From contig NC_068981.1 of the NCBI RefSeq assembly GCF_001194135.2, positions 113,080,394-113,115,303 on the forward strand: DNA of 34,910 nucleotides, given 5' to 3'. The position numbers and the translations under genes are program-made. Below are positions 11,100-22,700 of the stretch, piece after piece. Position 1 is the stretch's first letter, and the number at the start of each line of letters is the position of its first letter. The notes under the pieces were generated by a model. It was not told where the DNA came from, searched no databases, and worked only from the letters and a program-made list of their open reading frames with translations. This DNA is from Octopus bimaculoides. Taxonomy: Eukaryota.

Positions 11100-13190
11100 C
11101 ATCAACTTACTCATGATCATCATTTAACGTCCATTGTCCAGGCCAGCTGGGTTGAACAGTTTGATCAGGGCTGGTAAGCTAAGGCACTGCACCAGACTCC
11201 ATTCTGATTTGGCTTGGTTTCTACAGCTGGATATCCTTCCTAACTCCAACTACTCCAAGAGTGTAATGGATGCTTTTATATGCCCCTGACATGATACACT
11301 ATGTGCCAAAACTGATTTCACTTGGCTTGATGGGTCTTCTTCTCAAGCACAGTATATTGGAAAAGGTCTCAGTCATCTGTCATTGTTTCCATGAGGCCCA
11401 ACACTTGAAAGATACTTTTTATGTGCCACTGGCAGGGGTGCTAGCTACATGACACCGGCATCAGCCACATTTTCTCCATAAAGCCCAATGCTCAAAAGGT
11501 GCTTTTTATGTGCCACCAGCATGGATGCCAGTTACATGACACCAGCATCGGCCATGATTACAGTTTCACTTGGCTTGATGGGTCTTCTCAAGCACAGCAT
11601 GTCATTAAAGGTCTCGGCCACTTGTCATTGCCTCCATGAGGCCCAGTGTTCGAAGATCATACTTCACCACCTTGTCCCATATCTTCCTGGTCTAACTCTA
11701 TCATAGTTCCTCTCTACAGTTAAAGATCAGCACTTCATTATGCAGCTGTCCTTGTCCATGCACATCACTTGACCGTCCATACCAGCACAGTTGTCTCTCT
11801 TGCACACCACATCTGATGCCTCTTATGCCTAACTTTTCTCTTAAGATGCTTACACTTTGTTGTACATGCGCTCAGACATTGAACATCCAGCGAAGTATGT
11901 TAGCTTCTTTCTTTCAAGTCTACGCCTGTCCTTAGTGGTCATAGCCCATGTTTCACTGCCGTGTAAAATAGCTGTTCTCACACAGGCATCATACTGTCTG
12001 CCTTTCATTTTTCATTCGGAAGAAGAGAGATCCTTTGTTGCCAACAAAGTTAAGAGCTCTCTGATCTTTGTCCAGCCAATTCTTATTCTTGCAGCTACAC
12101 TCTCAGAGCATCCACCCGCACTACTGATTTGGTCACCTAGATAATGGAAGCTATCAGCTGCCTCTAGCTTACCCCCACTGGCAGTTGATAGAGTCTAATT
12201 TCTGTACAATTTTAGTGTTTATTGTACCTGTGCATCTTTCACACACAAAAACTATTTTTCCAGTTAATCTTCTTCTGATATTGTTGCACTTCTTATGTGT
12301 CTAGAGCTTGCACTGGGTACATCTTATAGAGTTTCTACCTACACCTTTCCTACAGGTTGAGCAGGGCCATCTGCCTGAAGGGATTTGTGATTTGTCTGTT
12401 TTCCTACTTACTAAGACTTTGGTTTTTGCTAGCTTAACTCTAAGGCCCTTCAATTCTAGACTTTGCTTCCACACCTGAAATTTTTCTCTAGTTCTGATAC
12501 AGATTCAGCTATAAGAACAAGTTCATCAGTATGGAGGAGCTTCCAGAGGCAGCCTGTCTTAAATTCCTCTGTTATTGCCTGGAGGACTATGATGAACAAG
12601 ATGAGGCTAAGGACTGATTCTTTGTGAACACCTACTTGTACCCTAAATCCATACTCTATCCGTTACAAACCCTCACTTTACTGACTGCATCCTTGTACAT
12701 GGCTTGAACAGCTCTCACCAACCACTCATCTATCCCTAGTTTCCACATTGACTACCAGATAAGGGATCGGGGGACCCTGTCAAAGGCTTTCTTCATGTCA
12801 ACAAAAGTCAAGTACAGAGGTTTATCTTTGGTTAGGTATTTTCACTGCAGCTACCTTGCCAGAACTATAGCATCAGTGGAGCTTCTCAAACTGCATCTCA
12901 TCTAGACTAACTCTTTTTCTAATTAGTTAGGTTATGACCCTCTCTGTGACTTTCATCACCTGATCCAACAACTTGATACCTCTATAATTATTTCTATCTG
13001 AGGCATTACCTTTTACCTTTGTAGCAGTTGACCATGGTGCTGCTACACTAGTCATTGGTTAACTATACGGGTAACTAGACCATAACCCATACCCCAGATA
13101 TTTTAAGCATCTCGGTGGTTATTCCTGCTGGGCCAGGGGATTTCCCCATCATCATATCCTTCATGGCTTTTTCTGATGTGTTTATACATG
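11100..13190 (-). mobile_element. RTE-clade LINE, 5'-truncated and decayed, with its 3' UTR and tail
   Basis: Minus strand reads VDMKKAFDRVP, GVHKESVLSLILFIIVLQAITEEFKTGCLWKLLHTDELVLIAES (decayed QGSVLSP / YADD), FHYLGD, VRTAILHGSETW and TRKIWDKVVK. A repeated 3' UTR (11270-11655) and a tail homologous to the 18017/27202/34750 elements follow. Confidence 0.9.
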
Positions 13191-14099
13191 TTAGTAAAAG
13201 GTTATCAAATCAATTTATTTATTAATATATGTTTACATGTGTGGATGTCCATTATCTATTTCATTTTATGGATGTGCGTATGTGCATATACAGATGTTTA
13301 CTGCTTAAGTTGATTTGTGTGTGTGCATCTGTGTATGAATGTAAGTAAAAGGTTATCGAATCAAATCAGTTTATTTATATATGTATTTGTATAATTAATA
13401 GTCATTAATTATAATTAATAAATATTTATGTGTGTATATGTACATGCATCAATATATGAAAAAACACTACAGAAAGTAATAATGTTTGATAGACACCAAA
13501 AATTATATACTTAATAATATGAAACAGCAAGATAATTAATAAAATAAGTATATTTGTATTTGTGTGTGTGTAATTATTTGAAAATAAAAAAATAAAAGCT
13601 AGCCATTATATTATTGTATGAAATAAATAAGCATAATAATTATCTTTATATTTTTATATTGATCTAAATAATAGTTAAATTTTATAGTTATTAATTTGTA
13701 ATTCATTCTATATATCACTATACATCTGTGTGTGAGAGAATACATAGGTTTATGTATTCTCTCACACACAAATGTGTTGCACACATTTAAGATTAGTACT
13801 TATATATATTAAGTATATTACGTCATCAAAATTAGTGTTATCAATAGTTTTACAATATTACAATAAAAAATTAGATGTATTATATTAGCTGATTAATTAT
13901 TAATATTAAATGGACTCATAAGTATTATTTTATATAATATATAGTATATATTACTATTTATATTATTTATATCTTATGTTTGGTTTATAAATTAAGTTAC
14001 ACTTATTGTATTATGCTTAAATTTTTGATGTTCAGTTTTATCTTTTTATTAATTAAATTTTCTAAAATCATACTTAGAGTAATGACAACAAGTTCAAAT

Positions 14100-14390
14100 A
14101 TTCTTTTCTCGAGTTAATTGGTTTGTGTTTAGAAATATCTGAAATATCTCTTCTATACACAATCAACATTTTTTATCTGAGATTCTATAAGCTCTGGCAT
14201 GGCTTATAATTTCCCATTTAATTATATAATTTTTCTTATTGTCTTTTAACATCCATATAAATTTGTTGAGACTTGTATTATTGATTTTATATCTATTCTT
14301 AAAGCAACTCTTATGGTTCGCAATATGCCATTTAATTTGGTTTTCAGTTGAACTGATATAATAGTATTCATTACCTTCCATCATCTAACT
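14100..14390 (-). mobile_element. Penelope-like GIY-YIG endonuclease fragment
   Basis: YYYISSTENQIKWHIANHKSCFKNRYKINNTSLNKFIWMLKDNKKNYIIKWEIISHARAYRISDKKC*LCIEE matches the C-terminal GIY-YIG/CxxC pattern of Penelope-like elements. Confidence 0.75.
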
Positions 14391-14404
14391 GCTTCTCACC
14401 TTAA

Positions 14405-14790
14405 TTAAGGGGTTGCCCTCTGCTCATCATTGAAGAGTAGATTTGCTGCCAAACTTTTCCTGCCCAGAATCATCACAATTGATGAAAGGTAGGTTCTCTT
14501 TGTCATATCCAATGAAAATGACATTGGTTAGCACCCAATGAAAATGGAGAATCCAACACCAAACCAGGACTACACCCGAGGGAAGTTATTCTCTGTAGGA
14601 TTTGAAGAATGTTGTCTATCATGAAGTGTTAAACCAATATGAAACAGCTAATGTAGAGAAATATTGTTGTCGATTATAAGCATTGCACAAAAAATGCAGG
14701 AAAATGCCCATTGTTGTTTAATCAACAGTTTGCCAAATAAATGGGATTATGTTGTTATTAATGAAGGGAAATATTAATTATCTTGATGGA
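14405..14790 (+). mobile_element. Mariner transposase remnant (internally deleted)
   Basis: CSSLKSRFAAKLFLPRIITIDER*VLF (first catalytic D region), WLAPNENGESNTKPGLHPREVILC, YHEVLNQYETANVEKYC, then a jump to the C-terminal NSLPNKWDYVVINEGKY*. A possible decayed TIR lies near 15135-15174. Confidence 0.75.
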
Positions 14791-15199
14791 CATTTCATTT
14801 CTCTTGGTTGTAAATCTGTGTAATTCTTCAGTAATACTCCTGAAACAACATTCCTGTAAAATCAAAATGATTTTCAGCCAAGATAAGTTCCCAGTGTGTA
14901 ACTTTAGTAGCAACTTAGTCAATGTGAAATGACTAGAACATGAATGTCACTTTTTCCTTTTTTATCTCAGATTTCTACAGATAAACCATTTAACAGCTTC
15001 CTCCTGCACTCTCGCAGTTGCTGTAACAGTTCAGCAATTTTAGCTCCAAACATTGTACTCAGTGCCTTTTTGTCACTGAAGTAAGTTTAGGACCTTAGAA
15101 ATAAAAAAAAAAAACAAATTGTTCAAACCCCAAAATAAATGCAACACGACTTTCTTTCCAACCTAACCAACCTAATGTGTGTGTGTGTGTGTGTTTTCT

Positions 15200-18010
15200 T
15201 CTGTTTTAATTATTTAAATTCTCCCTCTGAGGAAGGAGCTGGTTTCTAACAATGATACAAAACTCTATCGTTGGAATGTAGATGACAAAAGCAATGTCAT
15301 ATCTTAAACTTTCAGAAAGTCTTATTTTTACTATTCCACTTACAGATTGTATTTGTAATGTGCAAGTTAGTTGGTTGATTTCTTTTTCTGAAAATCCTAG
15401 CTTAATGAGATTGTCGCTTGGAAATTTACTCACAGAACGAAGTGTACTGTGAATTTATAGTCTGGATATAGAAACTGAAGGTTTCAAAGCAAATGTCAAC
15501 AGCTGTCTTCTTTCCCTTTGATTTTCAAGAAATATTTACATCAGAAGGGCAGTTGACCTCTAAGACAGTACATATTTTTTTCTTGTCCGTCCCAAACAAT
15601 AATATCCTGCTTGTTATGTTTACACTTGACATGTTTTGATGGGAATGTTCCACCAGTATTCCATGTGTTGATGCTAGTGCATGTATTCAATGATAGGGGG
15701 ATTCCATATATTTATTTCAGGAGAGTTTTTTTTTTTTTTCTGAATGGCATTGTATATTGTTTTTGCAACATGTTGCATACAGGAGTTGATATTTTGGGGC
15801 AGCTGCTAATCAAATGTGTGATGGCTTCCTCAGAAACATGACAGAATCTGCTTTTTCAGTTGCATCTTGGGGTTCGAAGGGCTTCACTGTCTCTTTTGTT
15901 CAATAGGTTTTTCATAGCAATCTCCTGTTCCTGGATTGCAAATACATAGCCTTCAAAGTGTGATATGATGTATGGTCACAGGTCCAAGAGAAACTGTGCT
16001 TCATGTCAATATTACTGTTTTCTTCAAGTCTTTGGGAAACACACTCATGTATAGTCTTTTTTAGGTATGCTGAGTGTTTCACATCCAGCTGTTTTGAAGT
16101 TATGGAAGGTCAGCAGGAAGAGTGCTTCCTGAGAAGCTTGCTGCCTATACAAAGGATATTGCTCTCTTCACTTTTCAGCATTTAGTTAATGTGTTTATTT
16201 TCACTGCTGTTCTTTAAGAAGTACCATCCGAAAGAGACTATATGACATTCGAATGCTGTCTGCCCTGATCTGAACCCTCTACCTCCTTCATCTCAAATCA
16301 TGCTGTTGCAAGGCTACTTCAGTGTTTTTTCACTTCAAACAGTACAGTTTGTTTGTCAAAAGTTGTTTGGCAATCTGACCTTCCATAGTTCTTTTGAATA
16401 TACATATTAGTGGCATTCTGCAGAATGCCAGCTTCTTGTATTAGTATCCAACTGTTAGGTTCCTTCCAGGTGCCCTCCCATTACGCAGTTTGCCTACAAT
16501 TATGGTGAAAGTTTCCAGATCAACTGCATGTCTTACTCTTGATGTTGGTACAGTATTCTCTCTTTACTTTATTAAGTCATGATGCATTAAGGTTGAAATC
16601 CTTCTTTACGTCACAGACTTTCAACCAGAATGATTCAAGGTCTTCTTAAGAGGGGTTTTTTTTATGGTAATATTTTCCTTCCTCCTCTCTATGTATAATG
16701 CCCATGAGTCAAAAACAGACTTGTGATTTATACAGGCTCATTCAGAAATTTACCTGCAGTGGTGAAGATTTTCATTCAGTAGCCTGAGTTCATGTTTTTA
16801 GAGTAATTAACCCTCCCTCAAAACCTTGGTATGAAGAGTCACCAAAGATTTTTGTTAATTCATTCATAAGATGTAATTGGGGAAGTGTAAACTCATTAGT
16901 CCTCTTACATTTTATTATTATGGTTAACCATCCTATATGGCAGTGCAAATTGTTGATGTCTTCTTCATGTTTTGTATTCCATCTAGGTTGCTTCCATTGT
17001 TTCATTACTATATATACTTCAGATTTGTCTGAGGTGTTCTTAAGAGTGATAGCAGCTGAGTATCTGAGGGTATTAATATTCCAGTAATTAACATCACACG
17101 ATTCCATGTGCTCTCCAGCAACTTAGTTGATAATTTATATTAAAGCTGTTGGGATTTTACTTAATCTTGTTAAGAATGGCCTGTCACTTAATGATATTTT
17201 TGAAAAAGTAGAAAAGTTTTCCATGAACTGTGGTTTCAAGTTGTTTTTAAGTTAAGTATATTCCACAGTTGTTTCTGACTCAACTATATTTAGAGAGACA
17301 CAAGAATTTAGTGATGATAGCAGCAGTTTGCTTACATTATGGCATGAGCATGGCTGTATGGTAAGAAGCTTGCTTCCCAACCACATGGTTCTGGGTTGAG
17401 TCCCACTACATGGCATCTTAGGTAAGTGTCTTCTACTATGGCCTCGGGCCAACCAAAGCTTTGTGAGTGGATTTGGTTGATGAAAACTGAAAAAGTTTGT
17501 CATGTGTGTGTTTATCTTTATGCCTGTCTCCCACCACTGTTACAACCAGTATTGGTGTGCAAACACACCATAACTCAGTAGTTCAGGAAAAGAAACTGAG
17601 AAAAAAAAGTATTATGGTCAATTCATTCGATTAAAAATTCTTCAAGGCAGTGCCCCAGCATGGTCGTAGTCCAATGACTGAAACAAGTAAAATATGAAAG
17701 ATTAAAGATTACTTTTGATTTCCCTTCTGGGAGATTTTGGCCAGTTCTCAGTGTTTTGAGAAGTTTGATTTACATCATGTGAACAAGCCAATTTTTTTAA
17801 AAAGAAAACTGCTTGTTGCTGAAGCTTTTTTTTGCTGTAAATGTACTTAAGTTGGAGTGAGCTTTGTTCCAATATTTTTTTAACTGCTTCATATAACCAA
17901 TAGGAAGGTCATCATGAGCTTCTTCATGGTAATGGTATTGAAACAGATCTTGGTTTACATGCAGAGTCCAAGTAAAATGAGATTACTTATGTCTTCCTAA
18001 CTAGCTTACT
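15200..18010 (-). mobile_element. Dong/R4-type (RLE) non-LTR retrotransposon, decayed, RT core deleted, two nested insertions
   Basis: Minus strand reads the N-terminal IGYMKQLKKYWNKAHSNL (about 17900), SDRPFLTRL...NTLRYSAAITL...KQPRWNTK, GKLRNGRAPG...GY*YKKL, EGGRGF, HFEGYVFAIQEQEIA, the CCHC knuckle RFCHVSEEAITHLISSCPK, an RLE region and the C-terminal LGFSEKEINQL...LQIQSVSGIVKI. Confidence 0.8.
17340..17700 (+). mobile_element. SINE family A, near full length, nested in the Dong/R4 element
   Basis: tRNA-like head with A-box-like tggctgtatgg and B-box-like gggttgagtccc, (TG)n linker and tail cagcatggtcgtagtccaatgactgaaacaagtaaaa. Confidence 0.88.
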
Positions 18011-18016
18011 GGTATT

Positions 18017-18174
18017 CATCATCATCATCATCATCATCGTTTAACGTCCGCTTTCCATGCTAGCATGGGTTGGACGATTTGACTGAGGACTGGTGAAACC
18101 GGATGGCAACACCAGGCTCCAGTCTGATTTGGCAGAGTTTCTACAGCTGGATGCCCTTCCTAACGCCAACCACT
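18017..18174 (-). mobile_element. Young RTE-tail element (SINE or 5'-truncated LINE 3' end) with (GAT)n tail
   Basis: (CAT)n then gtttaacgtccgctttccatgctagcatggg...gcccttcctaacgccaaccact. Apparent 5-bp TSD GTATT at 18012-18016 and 18175-18179. About 5 differences from the 34750 copy over about 135 nt. Confidence 0.9.
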
Positions 18175-18539
18175 GTATTGAAGTGATATTTTCAACAGTG
18201 GTGTTGTTATTAATTTCAACCATGATTGTGTTAGTAACATTCCATGAGATATAAGATATATTTTTAAAATTTGGTCTGAATAATGCCAGGTTGGTAAGTA
18301 AAGTTGGTAAATAAAAGGTGTTTCTCTTATTTATTATTGGAGAAATAAACCAGTTATTGATTTAGGCTGGAGGAGTCTGCAAACATATTGAAGAAAATGT
18401 TCAAAAAGAAATTTTAAACAGTTCTCTACACCTGCACTTTTGATGTTGACAGCATCGTTACATATGTATTACTACTGATAAACTATTTAACAGCTTTTTC
18501 CTACATTCTTGCAGTTGCTATAATAGGTTCAGCAATATG

Positions 18540-18740
18540 TGTGTGTGTGTGCGCGCTTGTATTTGTCCCATATCACAACTTGGCTACTGGTGTTGGTTTG
18601 TTAGGTCCCTGTAATTTAGAAGTTCAGCAAAAGAATAAGTATCAGACTTAATAACAAATATTGAGGTCAATTTGTTCATCTAAACCCTACAAAGCAGTGC
18701 CTCAGCATGGTCATAGTTCATGTAAAAGTCAAGAATAAAG
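18540..18740 (+). mobile_element. SINE family A, decayed 3' half
   Basis: (TG)n, ttgtccc...acaac...ttagaagttcagcaaaagaataagtatcagac...cagtgcctcagcatgg. Confidence 0.7.
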
Positions 18741-18743
18741 ATA

Positions 18744-19460
18744 AGGCACAGGCGTGGCTGTGTGGTAAGAAGTTTGCTTCCCAATCACATGGTTCTGAGT
18801 TCAGATCCACTGTATGGCACCTTGGGCAAATGTCATGTATTATAGCCTCAGTCCAACCAAAGTCTCTTGAATGGATTTAGTAGATGGAAACTGAAAGAAT
18901 CCCTTCGTATATATAGTTGTGTTTAACCCTAGGCACAGTAAGAGCCACTGATGAGAATTAAGATGCTCTGCATCAAAATTTGAAATCACTGGTGATCTGG
19001 CTATGTCCACTAGGGAATTTAACTCCCGTGTCAGTCATTAAGATAGTGCATTTGTGGTTATTGAATTCTTCTGATTCTTATTTCTAACAATGCCGGTTCC
19101 ACTAAGTACTCTCTGTCATTTTAATGATGTCTATAAATTTGCCTTTAGGCTGTTAAATTGCTAATGAGCCACCCATATTATTTATATATACGTGTATGTA
19201 TGTATATGTATATACATATATATACATATGTGTGTGTGTGTATCTTTTTTCTTGTGTTTGTCCCCCATCACCACTTGACAACCAGTGTTAGTGTGTTTAT
19301 GTCTTCATAACTTAGCAGTTTGGCAAAAGAGACTGATAGAATAAGTACTAGACTTTAAAGAAAAAAGGTACTTGTGTTGATTCATTCAAATAAAATCCTT
19401 CAAGGTGGTGCCCCAGCATGGACACAGTCTAATGATTGAAACAAGTAAAAGATAAAAGAT
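18744..19460 (+). mobile_element. SINE family A: head (18744-18915) and tail (19190-19460) separated by about 270 bp of unrelated sequence
   Basis: Head aggcacaggcgtggctgtgtggtaagaag...gagttcagatcc...ggaaactgaaagaa; tail ttgtccccc...gatagaataagtactag...ggtgccccagcatgg...gaaacaagtaaaagataaaagata. Confidence 0.75.
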
Positions 19461-19464
19461 AAGA

Positions 19465-20111
19465 AGGATCTGGTGTTGTTAGAACAAGAGCAATCTGAGA
19501 ATACAGATTAGAATATGGAAATTCCACCAACTCCACTTGACTATGAACAATATTGCTAAAGAGGTAGTACTTATAGAGAAAGGTTTGCATGATTTTGCTG
19601 ATAACAACCCACTTTAAATGTACCATAAAACTTACCAGAAGCATTTACGCTGAGCTAAGTTCCTGCACTGAGCAGTACAAAGAAGTGATGTGTCATAAAC
19701 ATGAAACAATTTTGGATAAGTTCTTCATAGTTCAAATAGATGTTGATGATGATGAGCTGTAAGATAAGTGGTGTCTCTCATTCACCCTGTAACTCTCATT
19801 CCACCATAACCCTTCACTCGGTAATCAACATCTCTTGTGGTAGTAAAGTACACTACTGCAATTCAATGAGTTATTTATTCCCTAATGTATTTCTCTTCAA
19901 ATGTTTTTGTGTATGCATATTACACTTTGTTTAGAAATTTTTATTTTCATGCATAAAAGTAGTTGTGATGTTTGTTTTGTTGTTGTTCTCAATAAAATCT
20001 GTTGCATTGCATTCTCACTTTATAACATTAAAATATATTCCACATTAGAGGACTTCATGTTATGGCAAGATTTTCAGGAATACTTTACACTTGTATTTTA
20101 GGGTATTCCTG
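19465..20111 (+). mobile_element. pogo/Tigger-like DNA transposon 3' remnant
   Basis: Reads LTMNNIAKEVVLIEKGLHDFADNNPL then CTIKLTRSIYAELSSCTEQYKEVMCHKHETILDKFF, resembling the Tigger C-terminus (…YREIY…QTTLDxFF). Ends in a decayed TIR-like ttttcaggaat...gtattttagggtattcctg. Confidence 0.55.
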
Positions 20112-20202
20112 CACATACATACTTATGTATGTATGTACATGCATGCATGCTAGCAGGCAGGCAGGCCTACCTAACTACCTGCTTGCCTACCTACCTGCCT
20201 TC

Positions 20203-20287
20203 CTACCCACTCACCTACTGACTACCCACTCACCTACTGACTACCCACTCACCTACTGACTACCCACTCACCTACTGACTACCCACT
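20203..20287 (+). repeat. Perfect 19-bp minisatellite (CTACCCACTCACCTACTGA) x4.5
   Basis: Units start at 20203, 20222, 20241 and 20260, with a partial unit at 20279. Confidence 0.95.
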
Positions 20288-20534
20288 TAACCTAGTATCT
20301 ACCTTAACTATCTACAATCTTCCTTATGTAATCAAGGCACCACCCTAAAGAATTTAGTCATACAAATTGAGGTCAGCTCTTATTGTTAAGTCTGGTACTT
20401 ATTCTATCAGTCTCTTTGCCAACCTGCTAAGCTATAAACACCAGAACCAAGTGGTGGTAGGGGACAAACTGAAAGACACACACACACACACACATGCATA
20501 TATATACATGCATACATACATACATACTGGATAT

Positions 20535-21039
20535 ACGAGACATCAGCTGGAGCATGCAAGACAAGACTGTGCTGGTATGGCCATGTAATGCATATGAATG
20601 AAGACAGTTACATTGAAAGGTGCCAATATTTAATTGTAAAAGGATCATGTGGAAGGGGTAGACCCAGGAAGACATGGGATGAAGTGGTGAGAAAGGATCT
20701 ACAGACATTGGGACTCACAGAAGGGACGACAGAAGACCAAGACACCTGGCAGTTCAAGACACTTGAAAAGACAGATCAAGCTGAGTAAAAGCATGGTTGT
20801 CCTTGCATTCATGCTGGTGCCATGTAAAAGGTACCCATACTAGTGTCATGTAAATGCATCCATGCTGGTGCTGTGTATAAGCACCCAGTATACTCTATAA
20901 AGTGGTTGGTGTTAGGAAGGGCATCCAGCTGTAGAAGCCATGCCAAAACAGACATGGATCCTGGGCAGCTCTTCAGCTGGCTAGTGCCTGTCGAACCATC
21001 CAGCCTGTGCCGGCATGGAAAACAGATGTGAAATGATGG

Positions 21040-21070
<31 letters not shown>
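20535..21070 (+). mobile_element. 3' end of an RTE-clade LINE with tail and (GAT)n
   Basis: LCWYGHVMHMNEDSYIERCQYLIVKGSCGRGRPRKTWDEVVRKDLQTLGL...E*, then catgctggtgccatgtaaaag...agtggttggtgttaggaagggcatccagctgtagaa...(GAT)n. Confidence 0.88.
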
Positions 21071-21071
<1 letters not shown>

Positions 21072-21346
21072 GCCTCTCTTGTACTGAAGACTGCCATCTC
21101 ATTAGTCAATAAATGCTGTCATGAGCTCTCATATAATAAGCAAGTCTGGCTTTGGGGGGCAGCTCTTCAGCTGGCTAGTGCCTGTCGAACCATCCAGCCT
21201 GTGCCGGCATGGAAAACAGATGTGAAATGATGGTAATGATGATGATGATGATGATGATGATTGCCTCTTTTGTACTGAAGACTGCCATCTCATTAGTCAA
21301 TAAATGCTGTCATGAGCTCTCATATAACAAGCAAGTCTGGCTTTGG
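20963..21346 (+). repeat. Near-identical two-copy tandem duplication, period 194 bp
   Basis: Units start at 20963 and 21157 and differ by 3 substitutions and one GAT unit; also visible as twin ORFs at 21015 and 21209. Confidence 0.95.
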
Positions 21347-21389
21347 AGAAACAGACTCGACTGCAGATGTTACAAACATTTTCAGGCAG

Positions 21390-22260
21390 AAAGAGTCAGG
21401 AATCAAATTTAAATCCTGTTCCTGAAGTGCTTGTTTCAAGGTAGTTAGTTTGATTCTCCATGTTTCAAATGCTTTACAACCTTTGTAGATCACTTCTTTC
21501 CAAACTATCAAATTTCTGTCATTTTCTCCCAGTCTTCAACTTCACACCTAAAGCCTTAAGGTTACTTTTGATGGCATCCCTAAAATGTTTCTTAGGTTTG
21601 TCTTGGACATTTACCACATTGCAACTTCCCATAAAACAATTGCATAGATAACCTGTCATTCTGCATCCTAGGAAGGAGCCTAGCCCAATGCAACTGATTG
21701 TGTATGAGGTGCATTTCAGTACTAGATGTATTGCTTTGCTGAAGAATAATGGTGCCTGATCTTACAGACTGCCATTTGACATTTAAGATCCTCCTAAGGC
21801 AAGTTTGATGGAATCTTTCCAAACCTTTGATGTTACTATGATATGTAGTCCAAGTCTCAGAGGAGTATAAAAGAGCAGTTAAGACACATAAAATTAACAG
21901 ACACTGAGCTTAGTTTTGATGGTGATGCTTCTGTCAGATTACATATGAATTTTGAGCTTTTCAAATGCTTTGCTGGCTTTTTCAATCCACAGATTTATTT
22001 CAGAACCAAGGGATCCATCTCTACTAAGGTAGACAAAAGAGTCAGCTACATCAAACCTAGGTGAAGATATTAGGAAGCTGAGAGAATATGACTTTGTCTT
22101 ATTTAGACTGATGGTAAGTCCAAAAGCATTGCATGCTCTAGAGAAGAGATCCATTATAACCTGCATGTCTTCAGTGTGAACAACAAGACCTACATTATCA
22201 GCATAAAGGAGCTCATGAACAAGGGCCTGGAAAGTCTTTAATTTTGCATTGAAGCATGTT
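21390..22260 (-). mobile_element. RTE (BovB-like) LINE fragment, decayed
   Basis: LLYADNVGLV, ACNAFGLTISLNKTK, FVYL, ERFHQTCLRRILNVKWQ, QLHWARLLPRMQNDRLSMQLFYGKLQCGK. Confidence 0.85.
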
Positions 22261-22439
22261 ACATCAAAGACCTAACCTATGGTTCTGAAGCAAATGTAGA
22301 TATTATCACAGTCCTGAAAAGCATACAAGACAGTTACAGCAAAATGTATGGTAAAAAGATTTGGAGCAGAAATTATCACCTTGTTTAACCTCATTATCAA
22401 TGGAAATTGGTTCTAAGAGTGAACTATTAAAATTAAAAC

Positions 22440-22700
22440 AAGCTCTCATATCACTATGGAGTTGCATAGACAAGCTGAGATAATGAGGTGGACGTCCAAT
22501 TTTACCAAGAATGGTCCAAAGAGTTAACAGTATCAGAGGCTTTTGTTAAATTGACAAAGACCTGGTAAAGAGCTATGCAATGTTCAGTGCATTTATCCTG
22601 GAGTTAACAAGCAGAAAATATTATGTCCATAGCACCATGGCCTGATCTAAAATCACATTGATTTTTCTGGGATCATAGGACATATCTACTTTGTTAGCCA
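22440..22700 (+). mobile_element. Possible Tc1-like transposase remnant
   Basis: catggcctgatctaaaatcacattgatttttctggg resembles a decayed WPxxSPDLxPxDFFLWG motif; heavily frameshifted. Confidence 0.35.

Noticed and set aside
14971-15086. Apparent + strand exon (tttatctcag ... gtaagt)
   Set aside because: Translation is not dynein-like in any frame, and part of the sequence recurs at about 18475-18535, so it is a dispersed repeat with chance splice-like motifs.
16411-16430. Perfect 20-bp palindrome TGGCATTCTGCAGAATGCCA
   Set aside because: Lies inside the decayed Dong/R4 ORF and not at the deletion junction; no supporting context, so probably chance or a local template switch.
20203-20287. 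Regular short repeats resembling a CRISPR array
   Set aside because: Units are head-to-tail with no spacers, the context is eukaryotic, and there are no cas genes.
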